Assembly: GCF_016432865.1 (NCBI RefSeq)
Contig: NC_067398.1
Location: forward strand, 432,388,001-432,452,000
Direction: 5' to 3'
Length of the DNA stretch: 64,000 nucleotides
Origin: Antechinus flavipes
Taxonomy: Eukaryota
In this document: one piece after another, positions 25,321 through 37,826 of the stretch
Numbering within the stretch: position 1 is the first letter of the stretch
How the letters are laid out: every line of letters begins with the position of its first letter
Program-made: the position numbers and the translations under genes
The notes under the pieces: model-generated
Seen by the model: the letters and a program-made list of their open reading frames with translations, nothing else
The model's database searches: none
Told to the model about the DNA's origin: nothing

Positions 25321-28300
25321 CCTGTATTTTTTAGCCTTAATAAATATTATCCTTCTTTTATTCCATAATCCTTTCAAACTGTCCTTAGTTTTCCTTATGC
25401 ATAACACTCTATGTCTCAGCTCTGTGCTTTTCTTTTGGCTTTTCCTTATGAAAAAATACACTATTTTTAAAAATTTGCCTCTTATAATCTCATTATTTTC
25501 AGAGCTCAGTTTAAATGCCACCTTCTGCATGAAGCCTCTCCTGATCATCAGCTGCTAGTTATCTTTGTCTCTATTTTTAAAAATATATTAACAATATTGC
25601 AGGGGTTTAAAGTAACCTATCATATATGTGGCCTTAGGAAGATGATCACCATTCTCTCCCTGATACTAGTTCATTTTCCTTATTTATTCCCATACTGGGT
25701 TCTAAGGCATTCTAAAAGTATGTTAAACTATTTCCTCACTAATTCCTAAAATTATAATTTCTCTTTTGAAGAATTAGTTCTGAATGCCACTGGCATTTAT
25801 TCAAGTAAAGAAAGCTCTTTTCCCATAAATTTTTGCTTATTTCTCTCTCTGTCTCTTTCTTTGTCTCTCTGTCTCTCTCTCCTTCCCTCCTTTTCTATTT
25901 TTTCTTAATTCTGAAAACATAAGCCTTTCTCAATTTATCAATTAAAATCTTTTATCAATAATTTTCTTCATGATCACTCACAAGATTAAAACAGTTATCT
26001 CTGAAAGAAATTCTTCTCCAGGTTGCACTTCAGACATTCCCTACATGCTCTAAAGACCTAGTCTTCCAGCATGCTTATTCCAGCTCTCAGATTTACATGT
26101 GGGAAATCTTTACCTTGGCTCTCCATCTACTCTCAGAATTTCTCTTATTAGCACAGTCAACAGTTTCTTTAGAATAGAATAAACTGTCTTCTCACAAATG
26201 CTTCATAGAATGACAGTCAAAGTAGTTGTGTAAGATTTCATTATAGTTTTTGTGAGGAAAGTTATCGAAGTTGGTGCTACATATAGATCACTTTGTCCTC
26301 TCTGGCTCAATTGTCCTCCTTGAGGGCAGGGACAATATGTTGAATTATTGTCAATGACAATTCCAAAGTGAGACAAAATTTTCTCCCCAGTTTGTTACAT
26401 ATGATGTGAATCCTGTAGACAATCGCTACTGAGGGAATGATAATATTTCTCTCTCCAAAATTCTGTCTGTACTGGGAGAAAGTGGTATATGAAAGTTCAT
26501 GTGACTTTCTCATGGATCCAAGACATTGCTAATAGAACATTATTTAATAAGGGACTAGCAACTATCAAAAGCTATTTAAAAAACAAAAATTTTTAAAAAT
26601 TTGCTTTAGACAATGCACCAGAATAGAAAAACAAAGTTTTTCAAAAATAAGACATTTGCAGAATCCATCAGATAGCCTGTGTGGTGACAGAAGGGAAGTT
26701 ATAAAAATGCATTTTTTTTTTCTTAAAAGAAAAAAAAAAAAAGAACACTAATTTATACAACTAATGATAGTAAGATTCAAGAATGGAAGAGATTTGTGTC
26801 AAACTCTGGGAAATAGCATCATGATTTTGAAAAAGCATTGATTCTGGAGGACTTCTAGTCCTCATTCAACCATTAACTTTCTGTGTGACTCTAAGCAAGT
26901 CATACTTCTTGCTCTGATATTTATTCACTTATAGCATAATGGGATAATAGGTTTAGAACTAGATGTGAATTCAGTAGACAGTTAGTCCAGCCCCCTCTTT
27001 TGCTAATGATAAAACTAAGTCTTGGGGAAGATAAATGATGTGTCCAATGTCAAAAAGGCAATAAATATCAGATTAAAATTCACAACATGTAATTTCAGGT
27101 CTGGTACATTTCCCTAAGGACTTCCCTAAGGACTCTTCCAGCCTTTGGATTACATGACTACAAGTCTTCGTATTGCTTTCCAATGGGTCTGTTTTTGTGG
27201 ACAATACTCATGTGGGTAAATTATATAATATGTTTGCCTTAAAAAGTATTGCTCATTATACTGATATCCAGAGATGTAACTAGACCTTAGGTACAGGGCA
27301 TTAACATTTATAGGGCATTCATAGCACTTAAACTTCTACAGAATAGCAACAATTGAAATTAGTACTTAGTAAGAACAGTTAATTAACATAGAAAGCTACA
27401 CAAGTAAATGTTTTCTCTCATTTGAATCTCTCACTCATTTTTTCCCCTTCCTCCCTTAGCCAAGTGTGCTCTTCTAGGACCTGACCTATTCTATTTTTCC
27501 TCTTTGTACTTTAGCAACCAACTCCTCATTAAGGGACTTGGGATCTTTGGGCATAGAAGCTAGTGTCCTGGGACTTTTTTCTCTTCCCGACATGAAACAA
27601 TACCCTAGAGTTTTCATCTACCTATTCTCTCTCTTCCCTCCCTGCCCCAAACAACTTTAGTATCAAAGTTGCTATTCAACAACCTTTCTTATAGCATAGT
27701 GTGTTACAAGTACAGACATGTCACTTATCTTTTAAACTAGGATTTGAAAATTGAAGAGGACTATATTTGAGTATTCAGTTTAATAATACAGTGTGTTTTA
27801 AAATACCCCCAAATGAACATTCTGAGAATTCTTATCTCTCTTCATTTCCAATTTATAGCTACTTGCTATGTGTTGTTGAGTGAAAATGATCATAAGATGA
27901 TTAATGATTGGCTTCATCCTTTATCAAATAATTTGAGTAAGCAATCTGGACATTTTGAAAGTTCATCTCTTTAATCAATGACATTTCAGACTTTTTTGAA
28001 GTAAACATAAAAGTGAAAACATGCTCTTTAAACTATATTCTACTTATCAGAAATAAAACTTCACAATTTAAATTTAAACCATAAAGGTATATTTTTATTC
28101 TAATCATTCAGAAATACCTATCCAAAAATGAGGGGCCTGACAGTGAGTTAATTAGTACTTGGGCTCAAGAAACCTGACTTCAGATCTGGAAATATTTAAT
28201 CAATGAAGAATTACCAAAATAACAAACACTTTTTTCTATCCTAGTGTATGCTTAAATCAGAGCTAATATAAACCACGGAACTTTTTATTACTTTAAAATT

Positions 28301-28734
28301 GAATAAATGACAGCCCTGAAAATCTTGGTATTTTACCAATTTTCTAGTTAGTCCCTGTTAGGTTCAGACTGACATGTTACCCAAATCCAAGCTTTTGTCT
28401 AATGTCAGAAGTGTTATTTGACAGATTTATTTATGCCATGTTCCTCTTGATTTCCAAAACCTCTTCTGTTCCACAAATCTGTATGATACAGTAAAGCACT
28501 GGACTAGCTTAGGGAAGACTCAGAGTTTAAATAACACAAAGCCCTTGCTTTCATGGAACTAGCAGTCTAGCAGCTGGGAGTGGTATAGGAATAAGACACA
28601 AACACAGATAATAACTACAGTGTATAATATTACAGGCTTATATGTATTGAAGAGGTAGAAGACAAAAATGCTATGTGAGGAGGGAGGAAAATATAATTAT
28701 TCAAATTCCAGCTGATATGAAATATTATTTATTA

Positions 28735-28985
28735 AACTGAAGGTAGCATGGCTAGTGGATAGAGCACAGGACCAGGAATCAGGAAGGGTTGAGATTAAAT
28801 CCTGCCCCAGTTCCTGACGACCGTGTGACCCTACACAAGTCACTTAATCTCACTTTCCTCATTTGTAAAAAATGGGGATAATAATAATACCTCTCTTATA
28901 GGGGTTCTGCAAGGATCAAAATAAGTTTACTTAAGTAAAGTGCTTTGCAAACCTAAAAATATCATATAAATTTCAGTTATCAACA
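28735..28985 (+). mobile_element. MIR CORE-SINE
   Basis: gtggatagagcac...gtgtgaccctacacaagtcacttaatctc...tgtaaaaaatggggataataata. Confidence 0.8.
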
Positions 28986-30024
28986 TTCCACTCACTCACC
29001 ATCATTGCCACTATCAGATCTTCAGTGGTCAAAAGACTAGCCTAATATCTATTTTTCCTCTAGTTGAATCTTGAAAAAATCGATTACACAGTAGTTGAAG
29101 AGGTAATTGTGTGAGTTATAATGTTTTTTTCACAACATTTGTTCATGAATATGATTTAGTGATCCTACAGGATAGAAGAGGGAAGCTTTTCTAGAAAGAT
29201 TCCTTATTTCACAGCTGGCACACAGAATTTCCCAGAATTCCCTTCCTACTTTCCCAAACACATGTACACATTTTTAGGACTTTATCATTAACAAGAAAAA
29301 TGCAAGAGTGTCAAATGCTTTGGAAAGTAGAGTCTCAATCTAGTCCATACCAATCATGTCCTTGGTCCATTTTGTTTGTTTGGTTTTATTTTTTACAACT
29401 ATATATATACTGCTGATGCCCTGAATCTTCATCTTTATTTATATTTCAACACATGTATCTAGTTAAATGAGAAATGTGGAAGCAAATGTAGTCAATGTTG
29501 AAAAATATTTTAAAATTATCCTTCCTAAAAATATAGTCAGGTATTAATGAATTAAAGCCACCATTTTTCTTTTCTTTCAAGGTAAGTGTTGAGAGAAAGA
29601 CAGTCTTTGAAAACTAACCTTTTAAAAAATAATTAAATGCTGTTGAATCCAGTGTGGGATTTAGAAAATGTATTAACAACTTAATATGTATAGGCAAGGA
29701 CTGGAAACACTGAACTCAGAAGTAATGACTTATTAGTATTCATAACTCAAGATTAATGTAGAGATACTAAATTAAGCTGTCTCTTCTTATCCTCATGCAA
29801 TCACCCAAGGATCCCATAGATTATTCCAAATCTATTTAGTGATTAAAAAGGACAGATATAGCTCATTCAGATATACCATTAAAATTAAAGAGTAAAGATT
29901 TCTTCCCTTAGTGAATTAATAATATATTTTTCCACCCCACTTTTTCTTCTCTCTCTTCTGTTCCATGTATGTGTGTGTATACACCTGTAGATATCACATA
30001 TAAATATATATAAACATATATAAA

Positions 30025-30143
30025 TGTTTGCTTGTATTTTGTTTTCTTTTTAAGTTTTTTCTTTTTGATCTGAATTTTCTTGTACACCATGATAATTTTG
30101 GAAGTATGTATAGAAGAATTGTACATGTTTAATATATTGGATA
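30025..30143 (+). mobile_element. L1 3'UTR internal fragment without tail
   Basis: gtttgcttgtattttgttttc...gaagaattgtacatgtttaatatattggata, then homology stops abruptly. Confidence 0.75.
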
Positions 30144-30221
30144 AACCCTACATAAATCCTACATACCAAATTTTTTGCATTATTTGTATTATTTAGATTT
30201 TTTTAAATTTAAAATAAGGAT

Positions 30222-30472
30222 TTTGTTGTTCAGTCATTTTTCAATCATGTCTGACTCTCTCACTTGGTGCTTTTTTGGCAAAGATATTGTAGTGATCTGC
30301 ATTTCCTTCTCCAGCTCACTTTATAGATGAGGAAACCAAGGCAAACAGTGTTACGTAACATGCCCAGAATCCCATAGTTAGTAAATGTTTGAGGCCAGAT
30401 TTGAACTCAGGAAGATGAGCCTTCCTGACTCCTGGCCCAGTAATCTATCTTTTATGTCACCTAACTGCTCCC
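30222..30472 (-). mobile_element. Mar1-type SINE
   Basis: ttttttggcaaagatattgtagtg..ttctccagctcactttatagatgaggaaac..tttgaactcaggaagatg. Confidence 0.85.
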
Positions 30473-30519
30473 ATAAAGTAAGAATAGATGATCTTTTTGA
30501 ATATTAACATCAATAACAA

Positions 30520-30735
30520 TGAAAAGAAGGTTGGAAGCAGTGGATAGAGAGCCTGACTTTGAGTCAGATAGATGTGGATTCTAATCCTGTCTCTGATATA
30601 CAATGACTGAGTTATTCTAGGCAAGTCATTTAATTTCTCAGTATAACAAGCAATTTCCTAAGACTATAAATTTCAGGGCAATTGATAATCTGCATTGGTC
30701 GGAGAAACCTCCTCATTGGTTGTTCTCTAAACCAG
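30520..30735 (+). mobile_element. Marsupial CORE-SINE (MIR/Mar3-like)
   Basis: gcagtggatagagagcctgactttgagtcag head; tail ctaagactataaatttcag..gatctgcattgg. Confidence 0.65.
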
Positions 30736-31144
30736 TTTCATAATTATAATGGCTAGCATTTATATACTATTTTAAGATTTGCAAAAGACTTTACCAATAT
30801 TATCTCATTTAATCTTTACATTAATTCTTGGTGAAAAGTCCTATAATGAAACCACAGGTCCTATCCAAAAAAAAAAAAAAAAAAAAGGAAAAGAAAAGAA
30901 AAAATGCAAACAAAAATGGCTAATATTTAAATCACCCTTTAAAGTATGCAAAGTGCATTATATGTCTTATCTCATTTAAACATGTGCGCTTCCCATACAA
31001 CATTTTTTCCCAGTCTGTTGACAACATGGCTAGCCATCAAAGTACTTGTGTATGTTAAGTAGCAGGCTATATTTGGAAGCAAAGATATTTTCTTTGCAAG
31101 CACACAGCTTTACTTTTCAAAATAAGAGGAACCATGAATTATTT

Positions 31145-31163
31145 GTTGTTGTTGTCGTCGTCG

Positions 31164-31204
<41 letters not shown>

Positions 31205-31250
31205 CTTCTTCTTCTTCTTCTTCTTCTTCTTTGTCTTTGTCTTCTTTTTT
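31145..31250. repeat. Compound (GTT)n(CTT)n microsatellite
   Basis: Read directly; forms the tail of the adjacent antisense L1. Confidence 0.95.
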
Positions 31251-31608
31251 GATTAAAGCTGTTTATTTTCAAGACATATGCATAGATAATTTTCAACATT
31301 CATCTTTGCAAAATCTTGTGTTCCAATTTTTTTTCCCTTTCCTTCTCTCCATCCCATTCCCTAGATGGCAAATAATCCAATATATTAAACATGTGCAATT
31401 CTTTTATACATATTTCCACAATTATCATGGTGTACAAGAAAATTCAGATCAAAAAGGAAAAAAAAATTAGAAAGAAAACAAAATGCAAGCAAACAACAAC
31501 AAAAAAGATGAAAATACTATGTTGTGATCCATACTCAGTCTCCACAGTCTTGTCTCTGGGTGCAGATGGCTCTCTTCATCACAAGACCATTGGAATTGGC
31601 CTGAATAA
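31250..31608 (-). mobile_element. 5'-truncated L1 3' end
   Basis: aaagctgtttattttcaagacatatgcatag...ggaattggcctgaat; TSD ccatgaattattt(31132-31144)/ccatgagtcattt(31610-31622). Confidence 0.92.
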
Positions 31609-33164
31609 CCCATGAGTCATTTTTTAATTGGAATAAAGTACAAGAATTCGTGATTTGTCAAATTATTAATTCTGCTTTTAGCTCTCTGTTGATGTCAAAT
31701 TGTTGGTTCAAAATCAAAAGGTATGCAACATATGACACCAGTTAAGAAATGACTACATTTTTGTATCAGATAACCTGATAGCAATATTTGCATCTCTCAG
31801 GAGAACAGATGACAGAGACTTTATTATGTTTAAGAGGGAAAGTCTTAATCACCTTAAGAATGGGAAAAGGATTTACAGCAACCAAGAGTTTTGAGTTACC
31901 CTTTTGCCACATAGACTTTCTAAAGCTCAAGACCACTTTACTCTGAATCCTATATGTATCTTGAACTCTCCCAAGAGAAAAGTTTAGGAGGGGAGAAAGA
32001 GAAGAGGGAGAGGGAAAAAGTAAAGTACCTCATGTCCTGGTTTAGAGTCTTATCAAGGGCTCAGTGAGTTGTTGTTTTTTTTTCCACCTTGTTCTATTGT
32101 TGCTCATTTTTAGAAAATTCCTAAAATGTCTGGAGCTCCTTGCCAGATGGGACATATTATCCTGATCTCTGGGAGTTTAGAATGGGAAGTAAAAAATGGT
32201 TCAAGAAGCATAAAAATGCACAAATTGCAAAATGAAGCAACTTTACATTCATTCGGTTATCAAGTCTAATCAGCTATCAAGTTAATTGATTCTAATTTCA
32301 CAATACTTTTTTCCATCTCTCCTTTCTTTCCACTCATACTACAATCATTCTAGTTATGACTATATCACTTCCCTTTCAAGAAGTTCCACTGGCTCCCTGG
32401 GATCACTAAAAAAAAAGATATCCTTCAGAGTTCACGATTTATCTCTAAACTGTCTTTCCAAACTGCTTTCAATCCCTTCCACCAAATACTTTTGGTTCTA
32501 GCCCATATAGCTAGGACACTATATGGGAAATTAGAAGGCCTGAGTTTTACTATTATCTCTGTCATTTCTTAATGTAATAATTTGAAGAGTTACTGAATCT
32601 CTCCAAATCTCCATTTCTTAATCTGTAAAATGAGAACTTTGGACAGGATTGTCATTGAGTTTTGTTCCCATTTAAAAGCCTAAAAGTTAAAATCTATCAT
32701 TTCAAGATGCATTGACATCCTCATGTGTTATAGTGGAAAGAGTGCTGGATTTGAAGTCAGCTGCCCAAGTTCTACTTTGAGACAAATCACATAAGATCTA
32801 TGACCTCAGTTTTCTCATTTATAAAACAAGAGTGTAGGGTTAGGTAGTCTTTAAGGTAATTTCTAATTCTAAATCCATGTTCCTTTGATCATCTTGGAAG
32901 ATGTATCATTTAGTGCATAAAAAAGGCATATCTTTGAAGTTGAAGTACCTGAACTCATGTAGTGAATCAATGACATATAGGACAAAAGCTGAGATATCAT
33001 TATTTTCAAAGCTCAGTGCTTTATTCATTAGACCATCAAATTGTATCTTCTTATTCAAAACAATTTTCCATCAAGGACAGCTATGAATTTTACTATTTTT
33101 TAAAAAATGTCCTTTGATGCAGCAATATCATTACTAGTCTATTTCCAAAGATGATTAGGAAAAA

Positions 33165-33830
33165 AAGAAAAGAACATATATGTTCTAAAATATATAGCAG
33201 TTTTCTTTGTGATGGCAAAGCACTGGAAATTATGAGGATGCCTATCAATTGGATAATGACTGAATAATATGATATATGATTGTAAGTGAATACTACTGTG
33301 CTATAAGAAATAATGAATTTTATGTTCTAAGAAAAATATGGAAAGATTTACATGAAATAATGAAGAGTCAAGTGAGCAGAAACAAGAGAATATTGTATAC
33401 AGTATCAGTAATAATGTTTTAAGACAACTTTGAATGACTAAATCATTTTGATAATTATTATAAATACCCAAATTAATTACAAAGGATATATGATGGAAGA
33501 TGCTATCTGTATCCAGAGAAAGAACTGATAAATAGAAGTGCATATAAAAAATTGTAAACACATGCAAATATGTATATATATATAATACATGTGTATTACA
33601 TATACACATATTTATGTTTAATAGTCACCTCTAGGGTAAAGAGAGGGAAGAAAAAAAGGGGAAGAAGAAATTTATATAACTTTATTATATATTTAAAAGG
33701 AATAGTAAGTTATAAATAATAAATTTATAGTTTTTTCAATAATATTTTCTTATTATACTATGTAATGGAAATATTTGTTTATTCCATAAACTAAAAATGA
33801 AATAAATAATATTTTTAAAAAAGAAAAATA
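33165..33830 (+). mobile_element. Older L1 3' end
   Basis: gcagttttctttgtgatggcaaagcactgg..gaatactactgtgctataagaaataatgaa..gatgctatctgtatccagagaaagaactg. Confidence 0.75.
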
Positions 33831-33879
33831 TTGCATAGAAATAAGGAAATGATAATAGTGCTAGAGATAGAGTGCTAGA

Positions 33880-34370
33880 GTGAATCACATTTTAGAAAGA
33901 ACATTGATAAGCTATATAGTATATAAGGGAGGGAAATAAGGATTATAAAAGGTCTTCATTTTATGTAAGTTGTGGATCAATTTAAGGGCATGGAATTATT
34001 TGGCTTGGAAAAGAGAAGACCTTGGTTGGGATGGAGGAGGCATATTATCTATATTTAAAGGTTGCCATGTGGAAGAGTGATTGAACTTATGTTACTTGGC
34101 TCTAGAAGGCATAGAAGTATTGGGTGGATATTTCCTCAAAAAACAAATTTAAGAATGATAGAAGGAAAATCTTCTTAACAACTAGTTATCCAAAAGTAAA
34201 ACAGACCATTCTAGGGGGGATAATTAGCAAATTCTTCCTTACATGAAATCTTAACACAAAAGTTGGGTGACAACTTGTCACGTTTCATAAAGGGGAATCA
34301 TTTTTAGGTACAGGGTAGATAAAATGGACTAGATTAAGGGCTGAATTCCTTTATAAGACTAAGATTCTAA
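33880..34370 (+). mobile_element. CR1/L3 3' end
   Basis: ttagaaagaacattgataagct..ggcttggaaaagagaagac..ggttgccatgtggaagag..aaaatcttcttaacaactag. Confidence 0.65.
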
Positions 34371-35003
34371 GTTTCTGAATAGTCCTTCAAATTTGTATTA
34401 TTCCTCCTGTACTTCCTGGTAACAGATTCAAAGTAGATTCATTTTAGAAATCTGGGCAAGGTTTCCTATTTTTTTTTTTTCTTCTGGGTATTTGTTAGTC
34501 ATTAATGGAATGATCTTAATTTACCACTTGCTTACCTCCCTGAGGTATTAGGTTGATTGAGATAATGAGGAAGGATAGACATGGTAAGAGCACTTTGGAG
34601 ATTAAAATGTGTCCCAAGAAGGTGGATGATGCAGAATGAGCTAAGAAGGGAGTGATCAAGAGGAAATCAGATATAACAACCGGGAAGTTCATCTTCCTGT
34701 CCACTAAAATGGGTGTTAAAATGTGCCAGGGCATGAGGGATGGAGCTGTTTTGACTTAATACCAAGAAATGAAAACTAAGACAAGAAAAAAAGATTATTT
34801 ATTGGTCTGGTAGTAGCTGAGAGTGTTTTCTATATGTCACTGCCAACTGAATGAAGGAAACATCAAAGGCAAATTCATGGGAGGAGAGAGCAAAAAACAG
34901 CGTTGAGAGAATTCTGCCTCTGAAGCAGAAGGGAAGAACAATGACAATTTGAGAGTAGTGAAAACTCAGAAAATGGGGCACCATTCATTGAAATATTTAT
35001 GGA

Positions 35004-35260
35004 TTCTAGTGTGATGGTGTTTGCCCATAGTGACTGCTTATGGAAAGCTGGGGCTGGTAGATTGCCTGAGTCTAGGAATTCTAAGTTGTAGAACGGTTAA
35101 AGTCAATGGGATATTGACTCTAGGTCTCCCATGTAAACCAGTCCAGTTTAGAAATGAAGCTGGCCAAAGTTTCTGTGCTACTCAGCAGTATAGTTGGGTT
35201 GTGAGTGGCTTATAGTCTGAGATAGGGAGATCCATTCTTAAAAAAAAAAAAAAGAATAAA
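35004..35260 (+). ncRNA. 7SL (SRP RNA)-derived retrocopy/SINE with poly(A) tail; pseudogene
   Basis: Collinear with 7SL after CpG decay: ttctagtgtgatggtg ~ GCCGGGCGCGGTGGCG; agattgcctgagtctaggaattct ~ GGATCGCTTGAGTCCAGGAGTTCT; aaaccagtccagtttagaaatgaagc ~ GAACCGGCCCAGGTCGGAAACGGAGC; atagggagatcc ~ ATAGCGAGACCC; A-tail at 35240-35253. Confidence 0.85.
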
Positions 35261-37324
35261 AGGAAATTCATGAAGTGCTTACTATATATGTTTACCTTAG
35301 CATCCCTTCTATGATAGATGATTGCTCTGGGATAATCCATTTTCCCCTCTTCCCTCATTTTTTCATTTGTGATGATAATAATAAAAAATTTCATCATCTC
35401 TATTATTCTTTTTTATACTGGGAAAACCCAAACTGTTTATGCATTTATTTATTATTCTCATTCCCTCTCTCTCCTTGTCCATCCAAAGCTCTCCTGTTTC
35501 TCAGTTGCTAACCAAAGCAGCTTTGCCATTTTGTTCTCCTTTATGCAGTTTGCCTTAAATTATTTCTTAATGAAGTAGAAGCTATTGTTATTTTAGTGTT
35601 CTTCATACTAATTACATTGCTATGACTAAGCCCAGTCATATGCTCCCTTTCTGTTTTCCCTAGGTGGTTATTTTGAGAAAGCTGATGATCAAACCAACTC
35701 TTTTATTGGCCTATTATCTCTATAAAGAATTTCTACACTTACTTAGTCATTCAATAATGAAATTCACTCAGAATTCTAGAATATCCTCTATATCTGGTAG
35801 TTCTTTATGTTTGATCCCATATCAAACACTTCCTGCCTTCATATAATATTTTAGGACTTCTTGGAGCTGTACTTTCTCTCCTTTCCATACACTACTACTG
35901 ACCTACTTGAAGTTCTTGAAAAAGACAATATATGACTCTTTGCTTCTTTGCACTGGTTGTCCCTCTTCCTTGGAAAGCTTTGCCCATTCACTTCTGCCTC
36001 TTAGTTTCCTCAACTTCCTTTGAGATTCACTTCAAATCTACCTCAATCTCAAAGGGAAAGTTTTTCTAATTTTCACCATATATCTCTTTCCCTTTCTCTG
36101 AAATTGCCTCCCAAATACCCTGCATGTAATATGTATGGATCATTATAATACATTAAAATATGTACTCATTGAAAGAAGGGATTCTTAGTACATTTTTTGC
36201 CTTTATTTATATTCCTAGAATTTAGAATGTTGTCTGACACATGGTAAATGCTATATGTTTTTATTGGCTGTTTAAAAGATCATCTTTTATCATGATATAT
36301 CTTTAGAACAATTACTTTAGATGCAAAATCCAAATTATCATGATTTAGGGTATGTCATAGTCTAATTTTTTCTGGTTTTCCCCATTTTGAGTGAACCATT
36401 TATATGCTATGTGGAAAGACATCATGATATGTAATTTGTGTTTTTTGGATTATAAAATCATGAGTCTCTATCAATTGAATATGAATTTCTGTTGAAGACT
36501 TTTTATTAAGAAGAAATTTTTAAAAAGTGAATTTCTCATATACAGCAAATTCTTTCTTTCTTTAACCATAGCTAACCTTTATCTAACATGTTAAGATTTG
36601 AAAATTGTTTTACAAATGTCTCATTGTTTATCCTTATATCTAATCTGGAAGATGTGTTATCATCCTCATTGTAATAATATAATGAAAAAACTGAGGCAGA
36701 CAGAAGTAAAATGACTTAGCCAGGATCATATAACCAGAATGTGTTTGAGGTTGGATTTGAAATCAAGTTTTCTTGCTTCCAGATTCACTGCTCTAAATAC
36801 TATGTGCTACCTGTCTTTGTTTACATTTTTAAATGCAATAACCCGTAGTTATCTTTTGAAGCTTTATTTCTATTTTCACTGCTTTTACTTTTATTCAATA
36901 AAGTTCTTTTCCAAGTTCTTTTTGAGCTTACTTTTCTGATTATTTTGACATTTCCACTATTTCTCTTCTAGTTAAGACAATTTCATTTTTTTCAGTGAAT
37001 CCCTATTTTTATTTAAATTATTCTTATTTCCAAGTTACTGAATTTAGTTCTCACATCTGGATTCCCTTTTTTACTACCTCAAATTATTTCTTTATTGATA
37101 TCAGGCCTTACTTAAGTTCCTTTAGTTTGTATTATCTCTAATCTCTCCAATTATTAGTCTAAACTCATTTATTGGGCAGTGTTGTTACTAATTTATCATT
37201 TCTCTCTTTGTGTGTCTTCTCTTTGGTTTCTTTCAGTCCAAAGCATTTTTTTTTTGTATAGATTTGTATATTTTTAAGAATTTCTAAGGCAGGGCAGGCT
37301 GTTAGCATTGTGAGGCACGTACGC

Positions 37325-37826
37325 TTTCTTTCTTTCTTTCTTTTTTTAATAGGTTTTTCTCCCAAATACATGCAAAGATAGTTTTCAATATTTACCTTGC
37401 AAAAACTTTGTGTTTGAAATTTCTCTCTCTCTCTCCTAGATAGCAAGCAATTCAATATAAGTTAAATATGTGTGATTCTTCTAAATATATTTCCATATGC
37501 AACATTCTACATACAAAAAAATCAGATCAAAAGAAAAAAGATAAAGATGAGAAAGAAAAAAAATAAGTAAACAAACAACAACAGCAAAAAAGTAAAAATA
37601 CTATGCTTTGATCCCCATTCAGTCTACATAATTCTTATTGGAATTGCCTTAACCACTTAATTGTTGAAAAGAGCCACATGCATCACAATTGACCATCACA
37701 AAATCTTGTTACTGTGTACAATGTACTCTTGGCTCAGTTCATTTCACTTAGCATGTAAGTCTGCCCATGTTTTTCTGAAATCTGCTTGCTCATCATTTCT
37801 TATAAACAGTAATATTTTATTACATT
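37325..37826 (-). mobile_element. 5'-truncated L1 3' end with (TTTC)n tail
   Basis: ccaaatacatgcaaagatagttttcaat...gctcatcatttcttataaacagtaatatt; flanked by duplicated T10-gtataga (37246-37262, 37845-37861). Confidence 0.9.

Noticed and set aside
31046-31299. Poly-V/L and poly-R/T ORFs
   Set aside because: These are translations of the (GTT)n(CTT)n microsatellite.
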